Shown: positions 31,477 through 45,010 of the stretch, one piece after another | How positions within the stretch are numbered: the first letter of the stretch is position 1 | Layout: every line of letters begins with the position of its first letter | Assembly (NCBI RefSeq): GCF_009914755.1 | Contig: NC_060938.1 | Length of the DNA: 64,000 nt | Strand: one strand, 5' to 3' | DNA from: the human T2T-CHM13v2.0 reference genome, Homo sapiens | Notes under the pieces: model-generated | Databases searched by the model: none | The model's input: only the letters and a program-made list of their open reading frames with translations | What the model was told of the DNA's origin: nothing | Position numbers and translations under genes: made by a program

Positions 31477-32255
31477 TATAGCAGCATGATTTATAGTCCT
31501 TTGGGTATACACCCAGTAATGGGATGGCTGGGTCAAATGGTATTTCCAGTTCTAGATCCCTGAGGAATCGCCACACTGACTTCCACAATGGTTGAACTAG
31601 TTTACAGTCCCACCAACAGTGTAAAAGTGTTCCTATTTCTCCACATCCTCTCCAGCACCTGTTGTTTCCTGACTTTTTAATGATCGCCATTCTAACTGGT
31701 GTGAGATGGTATCTCATTGTGGTTTTGATTTGCATTTCTCTGATGGCCAGTGATGATGAGCATTTTTTCATGTGTTTTTTGGCTGCATAAATGTCTTCTT
31801 TTGAGAAGTGTCTGTTCATGACCTTTGCCCACTTTTTGATGGGGTTGTTTGTTTTTTAGAAAATGTGGCACATATACACCATGGAATACTATGCAGCCAT
31901 AAAAAATGATGAGTTCATGTCCTTTGTAGGGATATGGATGAAATTGGAAATCATCATTCTCAGTAAACTATCGCAAGAACAAAAAACCAAACACCGCATA
32001 TTCTCACTCATAGGTGGGAATTGAACAATGAGATCACATGGACACAGGAAGGGGAATATCACACTCTGGGGACTGTTGTGGGGTGGGGGGAGGGGGGAGG
32101 GATAGCACTGGGAGATATACCTAATGCTAGATGACGAGATAGAGGGTGCAGCGCACCAGCATGGCACATGTATACATATGTAACTAACCTGCACAATGTG
32201 CACATGTACCCTAAAACTTAAAGTATAATAATAATAAAAAAAAAAGAAAAAAAAA
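31477..32255 (+). mobile_element. Young L1PA2-like insertion with 5' inversion (31477-31857 minus, 31858-32255 plus with A tail)
   Basis: Minus segment encodes a near-intact ORF2p C-terminal stretch ([20 protein letters not shown]...[12 protein letters not shown]); plus segment is the ORF2 end plus 3'UTR; TSD aaaaa(t)gtgttta on both sides. Confidence 0.95.
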
Positions 32256-32291
32256 GTGTTTAATTTCCACATACTTGTAAATTTCTCAAAT

Positions 32292-32612
<321 letters not shown>

Positions 32613-32842
32613 CAAATTTCTTTCTGTTACTGATTTTTAATTTCCTTCCATTATGGTCAGAAAAAATACACTGTAAGGTTTCAATCTTTTTAAATTTTGT
32701 GAGACCTATTTTGTGGCCTAATATATATGGTATATCCTCATGTTCACTTCAGAAAAATGTGTATTCTGCTGGTATCAGATACAGTGTTCCTATATGGCTG
32801 CTAGGTCTAGTTGGTTTATAGTGTTGTTCAGGTCTTCTATTG

Positions 32843-33167
32843 AAGGGGTCCCCAAGCCCCAGGCCAAGGACTGATACCAGTCCATGACCTGTTAGGAAGC
32901 GGTCCGCACAGTGGGAGGTGAGCAGCAGCGGGCAAGCAAGCATTACTGCTGAGCTCTACCTCCTCTCAGATCAGTGGCAACATTAGATTCTCATAGGAGC
33001 ATGAATGCAAGGGATCTAAGTTGTGTGCTCCTTATGAGAATTTAACTAATCCCTGATGATCTGAGGTGGAACAGTTTTATCCAAACCATCCCCACCAACC
33101 CCCAGTCCGTAGAAAAATTGTCTTCCATAAAAACACTCCTTGGTGCCCAAAACATTGAGGACCGCTG
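32843..33167 (+). mobile_element. MER1B (hAT-Charlie MITE)
   Basis: aggggtcccc...ggaccgctg termini; perfect 8-bp TSD ttctattg (32835-32842/33168-33175). Confidence 0.92.
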
Positions 33168-33521
33168 TTCTATTGTACTTGTTGATCTAACTAGTTATTC
33201 TAACTATTATTAAAAGTGGAATATTGCAGTCTCCAACTCTTATTTTTGAAGTTTTTCTCTCTTCATTATTATCAGTTTTTGCTTTATGTATTTTTTTAAT
33301 AATTGTTATGTCTTCTTGATTAACTGACCTTTTTATCATTATATAATGTCTTTTTTGTCTCTTATAACAGTTTTGGCTTCAAAGTTGATTTTGTCTGATA
33401 TTACTGTAGCTTCTCTAGCTGTCTTTTGGCTACAGCTCCCATAGAATATCTTTTTCCATTCCTTCACCTTCAATTTATTTGCGTCTTTGGATCTAATTTG
33501 AATCTCTTGTAGATAGCATAG

Positions 33522-33880
33522 ACAATCATACTCCACTTAACAACAGAGATATGTTCTGAGAAATGCATTGTTCAGTGATTTTGTTTTTATGCAAATGTCA
33601 CAGAGTGAGTATAATTACACAAACCTAGATGGTATAACCAACTACACACCTAAGCCAAATGGTATAGCCTGTTGTTCCTAGTCCTAGGCTGCAAACCTGT
33701 ACAGCATGTTACTGTAATGAATACTGTAAGCAACTGTAACATAATGGTAAGTATTTGTGTTTTGAAACATATCTAAACATAGAAAAGGTACCAGAAAAAT
33801 ATAGTATTATAATATTATGGGACCACTGTTGTATGTGTCATCTGTTGTCTATCAAAATGCCATTATGCAATGCATGATTC
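33522..33880 (+). mobile_element. Tigger3a-like MITE
   Basis: atatgttctgagaaatgcattgtt...cacaaacctagatggtata...tatgggaccactgttgtat...cattatgcaatgcatga. Confidence 0.85.
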
Positions 33881-34333
33881 TAGTTGGATTATAGTATTTT
33901 TAATTCATTCTGCCAGTTTCCATCTTTGAATTGGATAGTTTATGTACATTTAATGCAATTACTATAAAGAAGGGTTTCTTCCATTTTGCTATTTTTATAT
34001 AATATCATTTTTGTTTTTTATCTCCTCTATTACTTCCTTTTTTCTGTATAGATATTTTCTGGTGTACCATTTTGATTCTCCTTGCTACTTTTACTAACTA
34101 TTATTTAGTTATTGTGTTAGTGGTTTCCCTGGGAATTACAATTAACATCTTAGCTCATAACAATGTAGTTTGAATTAATACCAACTTAGTTTCAATATTA
34201 TACAACAACTTCATACCTTGTCCACTACTTACGTTATTATTTTCATAAATTACCTATCAATATATTGTATGCCTGTCAACATAGATCTATAATCATTGCT
34301 TTATGTAGTTTTTTTAATTATATGGGGCAGAAA

Positions 34334-34495
34334 AGAGGATTCACAAACAAAAATATACGTGAGATACGACTGACCTTTGTGTTTACCTATGTAGAGTTCT
34401 GTATTTCTTCATGTCAGAGGATTCACAAACAAAAATATACGTGAGATACTGACCTTTGTGTTTACCTATGTAGAGTTCTGTATTTCTTCATGTCA
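34334..34495. repeat. Tandem duplication of an 82/79-bp unit
   Basis: agaggattcacaaac...cttcatgtc occurs at 34334 and 34416; the copies differ only by a 3-bp indel. Confidence 0.95.
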
Positions 34496-35010
34496 GTCAC
34501 AATTACTATCTAGTTTCTTTTTATTTCAGCCTGAAGACCTCCCTTTAGAATTTTTTTGTAGGGCAGATTTATGAGCAATGAACTCACTCAGTTTTTGTTT
34601 ATCTGGGAATATTGTAATTTTTCTTCGTTTTTGAAGTTTAGTTTTATCAGATATAGAATTATTGGTTGACAGATTTTTCATCTTTCAACATTTTGACCAT
34701 ATCATTCCACTGCTTTCTGACTGTCATGGTTTCTTTTGAAAATCAGCTGTAAATCTTATTGAGGATCAGAATTCTCTCTTCATCTTTGTCACTTTCAACA
34801 ATTTGATTATAATGTATCTTCGTGTCAGTCTTTTTTAGTTTATCCTGCTTGGGATTGTTGAACTTCTTGTGTGCATTCATGTCTTTCATCAAATTTGGGA
34901 AGTTTTTAGGCATTGTTTCCTCAAATAATCTCTTTGCTTCTTTCTCTCCTCTCCTTCTGGGACCACCATTAATCATATCTCAGTGTGTTTGATGGTATTC
35001 CACAGGTTGC

Positions 35011-35065
35011 TTAAGCCATGTTGTTATTTTCCTTTATTTAAGCCATGTTGTTATTTTCCTTTATT
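35011..35065. repeat. 27-bp tandem duplication
   Basis: ttaagccatgttgttattttcctttat x2. Confidence 0.9.
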
Positions 35066-36469
35066 TTTTTTCTTTCTGATCCTCAGACTAGATAATGTTA
35101 ATCACCTTATTTTCAGCTCACATCTGCTGTTGAGTCCCACTAGTGAATTTTTCATTTCCGTTGTAATTTTCGGTGTTAGAATTTGTATTTGGTTTCTTTT
35201 TATGATATTTGTCTTTTTATTGAGATTCCCAGTTGGTGAGGCATCATTCTTGTTCTTGCCTTTAGTTCTTTGTTTATAGTTTCCTTTAGCTCTTTCAGCT
35301 AAACTTTATTAAAATAATTAATTTAAAATCTTTGTCTAGTCAGCTCAGTGTCTGAGCTTTCTCAGAGACAGTTTCCGTTCATTTCTTTTTTCTTTTCTTT
35401 TTTTTTTTCCCTGTGTACAGGTTATACTTTCTTATTTCTTTGCATGCTTCATAATTTTTTGTTGAAAACTTGACATTTAAATATTATAAGTGGCAACTCT
35501 GGAAATTAGATTCTCCCCTCTCCCTGGGGCTTTTTGTTGCTGCTTTTTCAGCAGTAGTAGTTATTTGTTTGTTATTCATTTTTTGAAATACTTTTTTCAA
35601 GCTTGTATTTCTTTGTTGTGCATAACCTCTGATGTTTCTGTTGTTTGCTTAGTGGTCAGCTAGTGATTTGACAGGTATTTCCTTAAATACCTAGAACCAA
35701 AAAATTAATAATAAAAACAAAACAAACAAATCAGAGAAAATCTCCCAGTTTTTGCAGATGAGCTCTTTGTATATGTTAGGTCACACTTCAACACTCAGCC
35801 AGGCAATTTACAGCTCTTCATTAGTTTTCACTTCCTGCTGGTATAGAGTCTCAAATTTATCCACAAGTGAGAGAATAGAACCTTCTCAGGTCTTTTCTGA
35901 GGGTGTGCCCAGCCCTGGGCATAAACCTGACCTTTTAGAGTCCAAAGGATACATGGGAGCTTTTCAGAGTCCTTATGCCTTAAAGTACCTCATTCCATAA
36001 CCCTCACTCCCAGGTTTTTCACTTTATCTATTGTTTGTCCTGTTTTTCCATGCCCAGATGACAGTGGCTAATACATTTGCCTTTAAATATTTGAACAAAC
36101 ATTACCCAATGAATAGCTGCCTCAACCCTGGGAATATTCTGAGTTAAGTGAAATAAAGGCAGGCCCTTTGAGTGTGTCCTTCAATAAGCCATAAGATATT
36201 TCAACACAAAAAAACCACAATTCTTTCAGAATAAGGTTTGTTTTCCTTCTGGTACTACAGACCTGTATTGGAAATGTGGACTGTTGTCTTCAAGGCCACC
36301 TTTTTTGTCTATTTTTCTTGATTACCCATTTACCTGGTTGTAAACATTTTATTCATTTTCAGAGTTCTGGTAAAGTTTATTCTGCCTGTTTTTGCCAATT
36401 TATTTTCTGCTTTAGTAGAGTGATGGAATTTTGGATTTCTCTACTCTGCTGTTTTCACTGATGTCACCC

Positions 36470-37011
36470 AGGAAGGATTCCTTTTAAGACACAAAAACCA
36501 CTAACCATAAAGGAAAATATTGATATATTTAGCAACATTAAAATTAAAAGATTTCGTTCATCAATAGACATGATAAAGTAAGGTAAAAGACAAGCTACAG
36601 AGTAGGAATAGATATTCACACTAGATACAACTGCTAAAAGACTAGTTATCCAGAATAAATACTAAAATCTAACAATTTAATAAGAAAAGAACAACCAAAT
36701 AAGGGAAAAAATGGGCAAGGATTTGAACGGGGACTTCACGAGAAAAAATCTAAATGACTGAGGAATGTATGAAAAAGTGCTCACTCTCACTAAGAATCAG
36801 AGAAAGGGAAAATAAAACCATAATGCAATATTGTTACACACCAACCAAATTTTTTTAAATGAATAATACCAACAATGCTGGGTGGAACTGAGTTGTAGAA
36901 TAAGAGAAACTGTTACTATTCTTTGTGGACAGATGTATAGATTGGCTTAACCAACTTAGAAATTTTTTAAAGAAGGTATTCATACCCTATAACCAACCAT
37001 TCTATCCCTGA

Positions 37012-37069
<58 letters not shown>

Positions 37070-37180
37070 CTCCCAGAAATTTACTCACATGGGTATCATA
37101 ACACCCATGGGTTCACAGTGGCATTTTTCATAATGTCCTCAAAATGAAAACAATGCAGTTGTCTATCAACAGAGTAATCT
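36470..37180 (+). mobile_element. Old L1M ORF2/3' fragment, right part
   Basis: Continues 26655-27120: gacacaaaaaccactaaccataaaggaaaatattgat...aaaaatgggcaaggatttgaac. Confidence 0.8.
37017..37062. repeat. (TA)23 microsatellite
   Basis: Perfect TA run. Confidence 0.98.
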
Positions 37181-39100
37181 ATATTCACTGACTCCTTTTC
37201 CTTACCTCCAGTTTTTTTCTTGACCCCTTGTAATCAGGTTCTGTCTTCATCAAATAATGAAATTTTCTTTCAGGTAACTAATTACTACCATCCTGTTCTT
37301 CATAATCTAATTCTTCACCCTTTTTCTAGTATCTGTGTTGACATATTCTTCTATGTTCTTCATCTTTAGAATCTCATTTATTTCTGTAACTTCAACAACT
37401 GTATATCTGCAATAATTTCTAAGTCTGTATCTCCAGCATAGGCAGTTTTTGTTTTTTTTTTTAAGATTGGGGCAAAGATTTGTTCTAGACTATGTAATGA
37501 AATTGTAAATTTATGTTTACTGATATTAACTGGATCCACAATGGTAATTGAAAATTCTTTTGCCTTACCCATCATTTTCATTCATCAATGCATTTTTTGA
37601 GAATTTTACCACTCTCCTAAAGTCATCTTTATCACTTTTACTTCCCCTTATTCTCATCAATAAGGCCTCTCCTGCAAGCACCAAAAAAATAGTAGTAATA
37701 AATATCTGTGTCTTTTACCCACAATTTACTTTGCTTTATCATGCCTACTCAATTCCTCCATTTGTATCTACTCTTTTTACTTAACTGGTAATTTCTTTAA
37801 TAACTGGATGTAATGGCTTCTTTTCAGCTCTCTCTCTCTATTCCTATTCTCTCCCATATTTGCTTTTTTTTAATCTTGCAACTTTCTTCTTTTTTCCATT
37901 GCCTTGATACTCACCCATCTCGATTTGCCTCTTTTTTCTCTAATAATTTCTTATGATAAGAACACCAAATAATTTATCTTCCAAACCAGAATGCTTTTGA
38001 AAATGAAAAGAGGTGCTGTTTGATAATTAAGCCAGCATAATAGGTATAATCCTAGATTGTTCAAGGAAAAATCAGATGTATGGTTACCCCATACATCCTT
38101 ATCTTAGAGATCTTATCTCCCTTCAGTTTGTTTTCTTTTGTTAACTTTTAATATGAATGTTACCTCAAATTGTCAGCCATCGTCTTTTGTTCTTTCACAT
38201 ATTCTCTGCAGGTGATCTGACACATTTGAATGACTCAAATTACTACCTCCATTGATAATTCCCAAATTATATGTCCTAACTTTTTCCTGAGTTCCAGACT
38301 CATATACCTCATCAAATAGCTCCAGATTAGTAGCCCGAAAGTACCTAGCCACAAAATTTAAACTTATCTTCTCTCTCGAGTATCCTGATTTTTAATTTAC
38401 ATTGAGGCATATATACACACAGAGATATGTAGTGTATATATGCAGTTATGTGTATAAGTCTGGAGATATATATCACACACACAGAGACATTATTCGTGCA
38501 GTTGCTTCATTAGATATTGGACATAAAATAGTAGCAAAACAGTTCCATCATGACAGTGCATTCTCATATGGGAGACAGACATTGATCAAAGTATCACACG
38601 TATAAATGTTGTGATACTTTCTGTAAGTATGGTCATTGCTATGAAGGAGAGGGATGTGATGTCATATGAAGTATAAAATGGGTATTTGACCTTCTTTTAA
38701 ATACATGGCCTTTTTAATTGGATAAGTGGCAACAAATAGCTCTTCAAAATTAGACTTTATTTCTTGGAAATATTTATGACAATTCAGTACTCAAATATGT
38801 TAGCAAATGGAGTCGTCTTGCTTCTCAAAATTCCTACTGCTTTTCATACTATTTATGACTATATTGTTTATAAACCATATAAAATTTCAAACACTGAAAT
38901 GGTGGCAATATCTTTGGAATTAAGGATGTTGGTATAGAAACTAAATAAAGGAGCTTCTATAGAAATAGCATTAGTTTTGTGAGGCAGAAATGATGCATAA
39001 TATTAGGAATACCTTGTAGTCACAAAGTCTGGCTGTTTCTTCTTTTCACATAGTAAGTGATATTTGTTGATTAAATGTTAATTGCTTGTCTTTTTATCAT

Positions 39101-39211
39101 ATGTTTCAAGTCTTGCGTGCAAAATTTGAAAGTCCTCATGTTCCCATTCTTAGAAGACGTATGCCCGTTACTGGTAGCCCAGAACATGAACTAAATTATG
39201 CAAGGCCTAAA
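39101..39211 (+). CDS. Candidate alternative GPHN coding exon/N-terminus, MFQVLRAKFESPHVPILRRRMPVTGSPEHELNYARPK
   Basis: ATG at 39101 with an in-frame TGA upstream at 39068. 37 open codons end at AAA|gtaata in phase 0, in frame with exon 40305. Three CpGs in 111 nt within CpG-poor, AT-rich unique sequence. Confidence 0.5.
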
Positions 39212-39494
39212 GTAATAAATTTATAATCAACATATATTAATAATGTTAAAAATAATCTACAGTATTAGTCTTTATGTTTGTATATTTTTAGAATAATGAT
39301 AATTACATTAGTCTTTACTATGTTGATAAGTATAATAATAACAGTAATAATAACCAACACATTAAATATTTACCACTTGAAAGTGCTAAATAATCTACAC
39401 ACATTATTTTACTTAACCCTTGCAGTATTCCAGTGAAGCAGATTCTATTGTTGTCCTCAATTTTCAGATAAAGGAAGTAGCAATTCAAAAGGTA

Positions 39495-39985
39495 TATCCA
39501 TCAGGATCCTAGCAGACGTCAGATAGCATGCTTAAATAGGTAATTGAGGAGAGTTCAATAAGAACCTATAGGATGTACAAAGGTTTGGACAGAATTTAGG
39601 GAAAACCACAAGACATCATGGAATGCCTGGGATTAGTAACAGTGGGAACCATTAATGCTTCTACCTAATGGGGCAAAGGGAAGGAGTGCTATTAGAATCT
39701 AGAGAAAGAGCTATAAGCCAGAAGGGCAGTCTGACATGAGCTATGATCTTGAGTTGAGTGACACAGCCAACCTTTGATGATCTGGTAGAGAGGGAGCTAG
39801 GAGAATAAATGCCAGATCTTACCCTATCCCAACTCAGTCTTCTGCCAGTGCCTTTCACTGACTGAACCCAGCTGGAAGCCAGGGCAGAAAATAATTTGTT
39901 GATGGTGTGCATACAGGTCAGCTTAGAGAAGAGAGGGTGAAAATGGTTGGAGACTGATCTGAAAAGGAAATGGAAAATATATAGG
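39495..39985. mobile_element. LTR33-like ERVL solo LTR within a split MIR
   Basis: ggatcctagcag...agatagcatgcttaaataggtaattgaggagagttcaataag resembles LTR33; MIR-like flanks at 39340-39490 and 39985-40085. Confidence 0.6.
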
Positions 39986-40280
39986 AATTAAATAGCTTGC
40001 TCAAGATTTCAAACTATTAAATGGCATAGCAAGTATATGAATGACCAATCCTTTATTCCTAACCACAATACTATACTGCCTCTCATATTAAAAAGTTTTA
40101 TGAAATGGTACTTGCCAGGGAAAATACTTTAAATCTGAAAGTTTCTATTCTATCTCAAGTTGTTGGATGCATTTATACCTAACAGTAAGTGACACCAAAT
40201 ATGTCAGAGCTGAGCAGCAAAGAATGCTAAAACAAAGGGGGTCTTGATTCTACATGTTATTGACATTTTCAGAATATTAA

Positions 40281-40478
<198 letters not shown>

Positions 40479-42594
40479 TAGTAATCTGGGAAAACTAACC
40501 AATATTTCCTCCTGCTTGTCAAGGTTGGATTGCATGCAAGATTACACTGTGAAAAATGAATAAAGTGTAAGATAGTTCCCACCCATTGTGTCACAAATTG
40601 TCATATTAGGCCACTAGTAGGACAATACAGATTTCATTCAAAATGTCTTACTCCTACATCATAGCTAAGGGTATTACTTTCTGTAGCTCCTGTTTCTTTG
40701 TTGTAGATTTGTTATTTTTTAGTATACTTAACATTATAGATGTAAAGTTATTTGTTTATGCCGAGGATAAATGTACTTTTGGCCAGTAAACAGCAAGATT
40801 AACAAAATTGTGTCACCAAAGGGATTTCTTTAAACTTGTCCGGGCTGGGGTAGCTCCCTGCTCTAGTATCATTCCAAATTTTTTCAAACATTCATCTTGG
40901 AATGTTGCTGCCTAATATTTGCAAACAAATCTAAATTTATTAGAAAGAAAGTTTTAATGCCAACCTTTGGGAAGAGGGTAGAAGTTTCTTAGTCTTTTTT
41001 TTTATAATCTGTCACTGAATTGTATAGGGTGAGGAAAGGATGAGACACTTATATGCTGTTCACATCTTTGTATACATGATAAATTAACTAGCAGACATTA
41101 TTACTGCTGTGACTACTTTCTCCTGGAATGCTCCTTGCCTGATTAAGTTAGTCATTTGTGCTTTCAAGTTCTCTATGTGATGGATGCAATATTGGTATCA
41201 AAAGATTAACAGTAACATTCCTTATTATTTAATAAGACATGATGTTAGACACTAAATTTGTTTTAGGATTCTGACAGTTAATTTTTCAAATTATAGTTTT
41301 TTCTCTGTCATCAAATTTAAGGACCTGTATAGCTGTCTTCCTCAATTCCATCTTTTCTATCAGTTTTGTGAATGTTATAATTTAATTTGACTAGAAGGGA
41401 TCTCAGTTTCTGATGTGAATAGTGCAGTTTGTTTTACATTACTTGTTACAATCTTCTCAGCAATGTTTCCAGTGTTACTGTTGTATATCATTATTTTTAG
41501 ATATATGTCAAAAAAACTGATATTAATTTTATCATTTAAAAAACTGAGGTCCTGAATCTTCAATAAAGATAAACTATAAGAACATTGTAGACATTAAATG
41601 TATGCCAGTGCCATTTGGGTGCCAGTAAGCTACATTTTCAAATGCATAAAAGCAAGGAATTCTTAAAACCTGAATTAGATGGAAGAATCTCATCTATATC
41701 TTTTATATTATTAAAACAAAGTAACTTACAGTTTGACTGCATTAAAATCCAGTTGTACCAGCTAAACTCACTTGTAAAGTCTAGAAAATATTTAAAACTA
41801 AAAGTTAAGTTCACTATAAGATGTTTTGTTCACTGAATATTAAGACCTAAAAGTTGGGAATTCAGAACTATTCAAGGCATAGTTGCTTTTCCTTAATAAT
41901 ATGCTGAAATCATAAATATTTTTTGAAAATATTTTATGCTAAATTTAATTATACATAGTAGTTCTTGAGTATTTTTATAACTTTGTAATTATATTTTAGT
42001 TACAAAGAGGATATTAAATAAAATTTGAAAAATCACTTGGTACTTCCAAATTCACCAAAGTAAAATTCTGAAAAATAATAATGTTAATATTCGTCAAATT
42101 AATTTGCTTATTGCAGAACTTTAGGAGAGCAAGTGGCTTGTCTTGATATTTTTTCCTTAGTTAACACTTAGATGTTCAAATTGACAGTGAATTCATAAAA
42201 GCATTATATCTTTTTCTAGGAATAAGATTATATTTCTTTTGAATAATTTTGATCAGCACTAGAATGTATACCTCAAAGATAAAGTTATCACTCTGGTGTA
42301 ATTTTTAATATACACTTGAAATGCTGAATTAGAATATTAATATAATAAAAGAAACTAGTTTGAATGTTGATATTTTAAAAGGAGTTAGTCTATTCCAATT
42401 AGGCATCTGGAAATAACGTTTAAAAAATAAATTAAAGGACAGAAGGAAGTGAAATTTGTCTTTCTAGTAAGAAAGGTCTCATAAATCATAAGACTGCTTA
42501 AGAGAATCTAAACTAGGTGCTTTTATAAGTGCTTTAATATCAGTGACAAATATACTCCTTGTCTTCATGGAGTTTACAATTTAGTCATATATTA

Positions 42595-42791
42595 CAGGTT
42601 GAGTATCCCTAATCCAAATGCTTGGGACCAGAAGTGTTTCAGATTTCAGATTTTTTCAGATTTTGGAATATTTGCAGATACTTAAACCAGTTGAACATCC
42701 CTAATCAGAAATCCAAAATACTCCAGTGAACATTTCCTTTGTGCTAAAAAAGTCTCAGATTTCAGATTTTCAGATAGGGATGCTCAACATG
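42595..42791. mobile_element. Tigger4a (MER46A/Zombi) MITE
   Basis: TIRs caggttgagtatcccta / tagggatgctcaacatg with TA flanks. Confidence 0.88.
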
Positions 42792-44631
42792 TAAAATAAA
42801 CAGGTAGATAATAACTTTAATAATTATAATTTCATATTAATTTAATAATTATAATTTAAATACAATGCATGCTAAGAAGAAATGAAAATGTTATGGTAGT
42901 AGAAAATAATAGCAGGGGAACTTCATTTAGATAGGGTGAGTAGAGAAGACCTAACATTTCACCAGGGGCGTGAAGAATGAATGAAAACCAAATGTGAGCT
43001 TTTGTGCTATGTGGAGGTTTTAGGAATTATATTGATCAATAATGACCACTTTAAAGGCAGGTGTCACCAATCAAGAACTCTTACACTAAAACTTCATTAG
43101 TATGTGAATAGTCTAATTCAGTGATGTCAACAGCCAATTTCAAATATCTGTTCTTTTTTATTTAAAATAATGAATCTTTTTGCCTTTCCCCACTGAGTCA
43201 AATATCAAGACCATAGATTTTAGCACCGAGCTCTGTTTAATAAAAAATTAAAATTTATTTTAATTTTTTAGCATAAAAATTTGGGGCCGAGAAGTCCAAA
43301 AGCAATTTCGGGGTTTCAAATTTGAGATACTGGGTAGACAATAATGTTATTAACTATACCAAGGAATAAAAGAGAAGTACCAAGTCTTGAGGGTAAAAGA
43401 AAAGAGTTTAATGCATCTTGATTGGGAATGTGTTTAATCTGAGGCATATGTGAGACAACCAAGGAGTGATATCCAGCACAAAATTGGAAATACAATTTGA
43501 GTTTGAAATTCTTATTTTTACTGCATCTTGGTTATGATATTTATAACTTAGTACATATTAGTGTTAGCCAAATCCCATAGAAATCCTTTCTACATTTCAA
43601 ATTCGGCATGCACAGATTTTCATGCACAGAAATGTATGTGCAAACGTATTTTGTCTACATCAGAAATACAATATAGTTTTGAATGATCGGTACTAGAAAG
43701 AGCACTTGACTTGATAATAGAAGATCTGGATGGAAATGCTTTTTTCTCTACCTCATAACCACAGTAAATTAAGCAAGTTACTTAACTTTACTGAGTTTTG
43801 TGTCTATTATTTGACTGACCATCCTTACCTCTACAACAGTGTTTATTAACTCATTAAATAAGTCTTTGCCTGGTAGTAGAATAGCAACAGTGAGCAAGTA
43901 GACATTGTTCCAACTTCTACAAATAGATCAGACAACTAAAAATTAAAATAAAGCATAATAAATTCTAGAATTGATTATCAAGAATACATAATATTATGGA
44001 AATAGCTACCAGAAGCACTTAACCAATATATAGATATATTGCAGTATAACATCCTAAATTATATATTGACCGTTTAAGATTCTCCAGCTATAGTGAGAAC
44101 AAAATCTATAAAACTATACCAGGTCTTGATTTCTTTTTGTTTTTTTTGGTACCCTCATTACAACCTAATGAAGATAACCATGTATTATCTTTTCTTAACA
44201 ATTCTTCATAGATTATATTTTCTCCAGCAAATTTGTTTGCTGAAATTATATCGTATATAGGGAAAAGTCATTTCTCTTTTATATCATATATTTTCTTTTA
44301 ATGAAATCTGACTGAAATGAGGAATAATTTTCACTCCTCTTGCTTTATGACAGTGAAGTATCTTTCAAGAACAAAGTTGGGATATTTGACTTTCATTGTC
44401 CTGAGTAAAATAGTGCCTAAGTCAAATAGTACATAAATTATATTTAAAGAAGTATAGACAATATCTAGACTCAAGTTCTAAAATAATGATAGTCTTCTAA
44501 AAATGATTTGCTGGAAGAATAATTCTGTAATTGATAAATTCTCTTTTAAAGTGAGCATGATTCATAGCTTAGATGAGTGCTGATTTTCAATTATGAAGGA
44601 CAGCAGCATCTCTATTTAGAAATAAAATCAA

Positions 44632-45010
<379 letters not shown>

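Noticed and set aside
31460-31819. 119-aa near-intact L1 ORF2p C-terminal ORF
   Set aside because: Only the inverted 380-bp piece of a truncated L1; no promoter, EN or RT.
39111-39211. Internal exon using the caag| acceptor at 39110
   Set aside because: The phase-0 reading hits TAA after 27 codons, the length (101 nt) is frameshifting and the AAG acceptor is weak. The ATG frame fits better.
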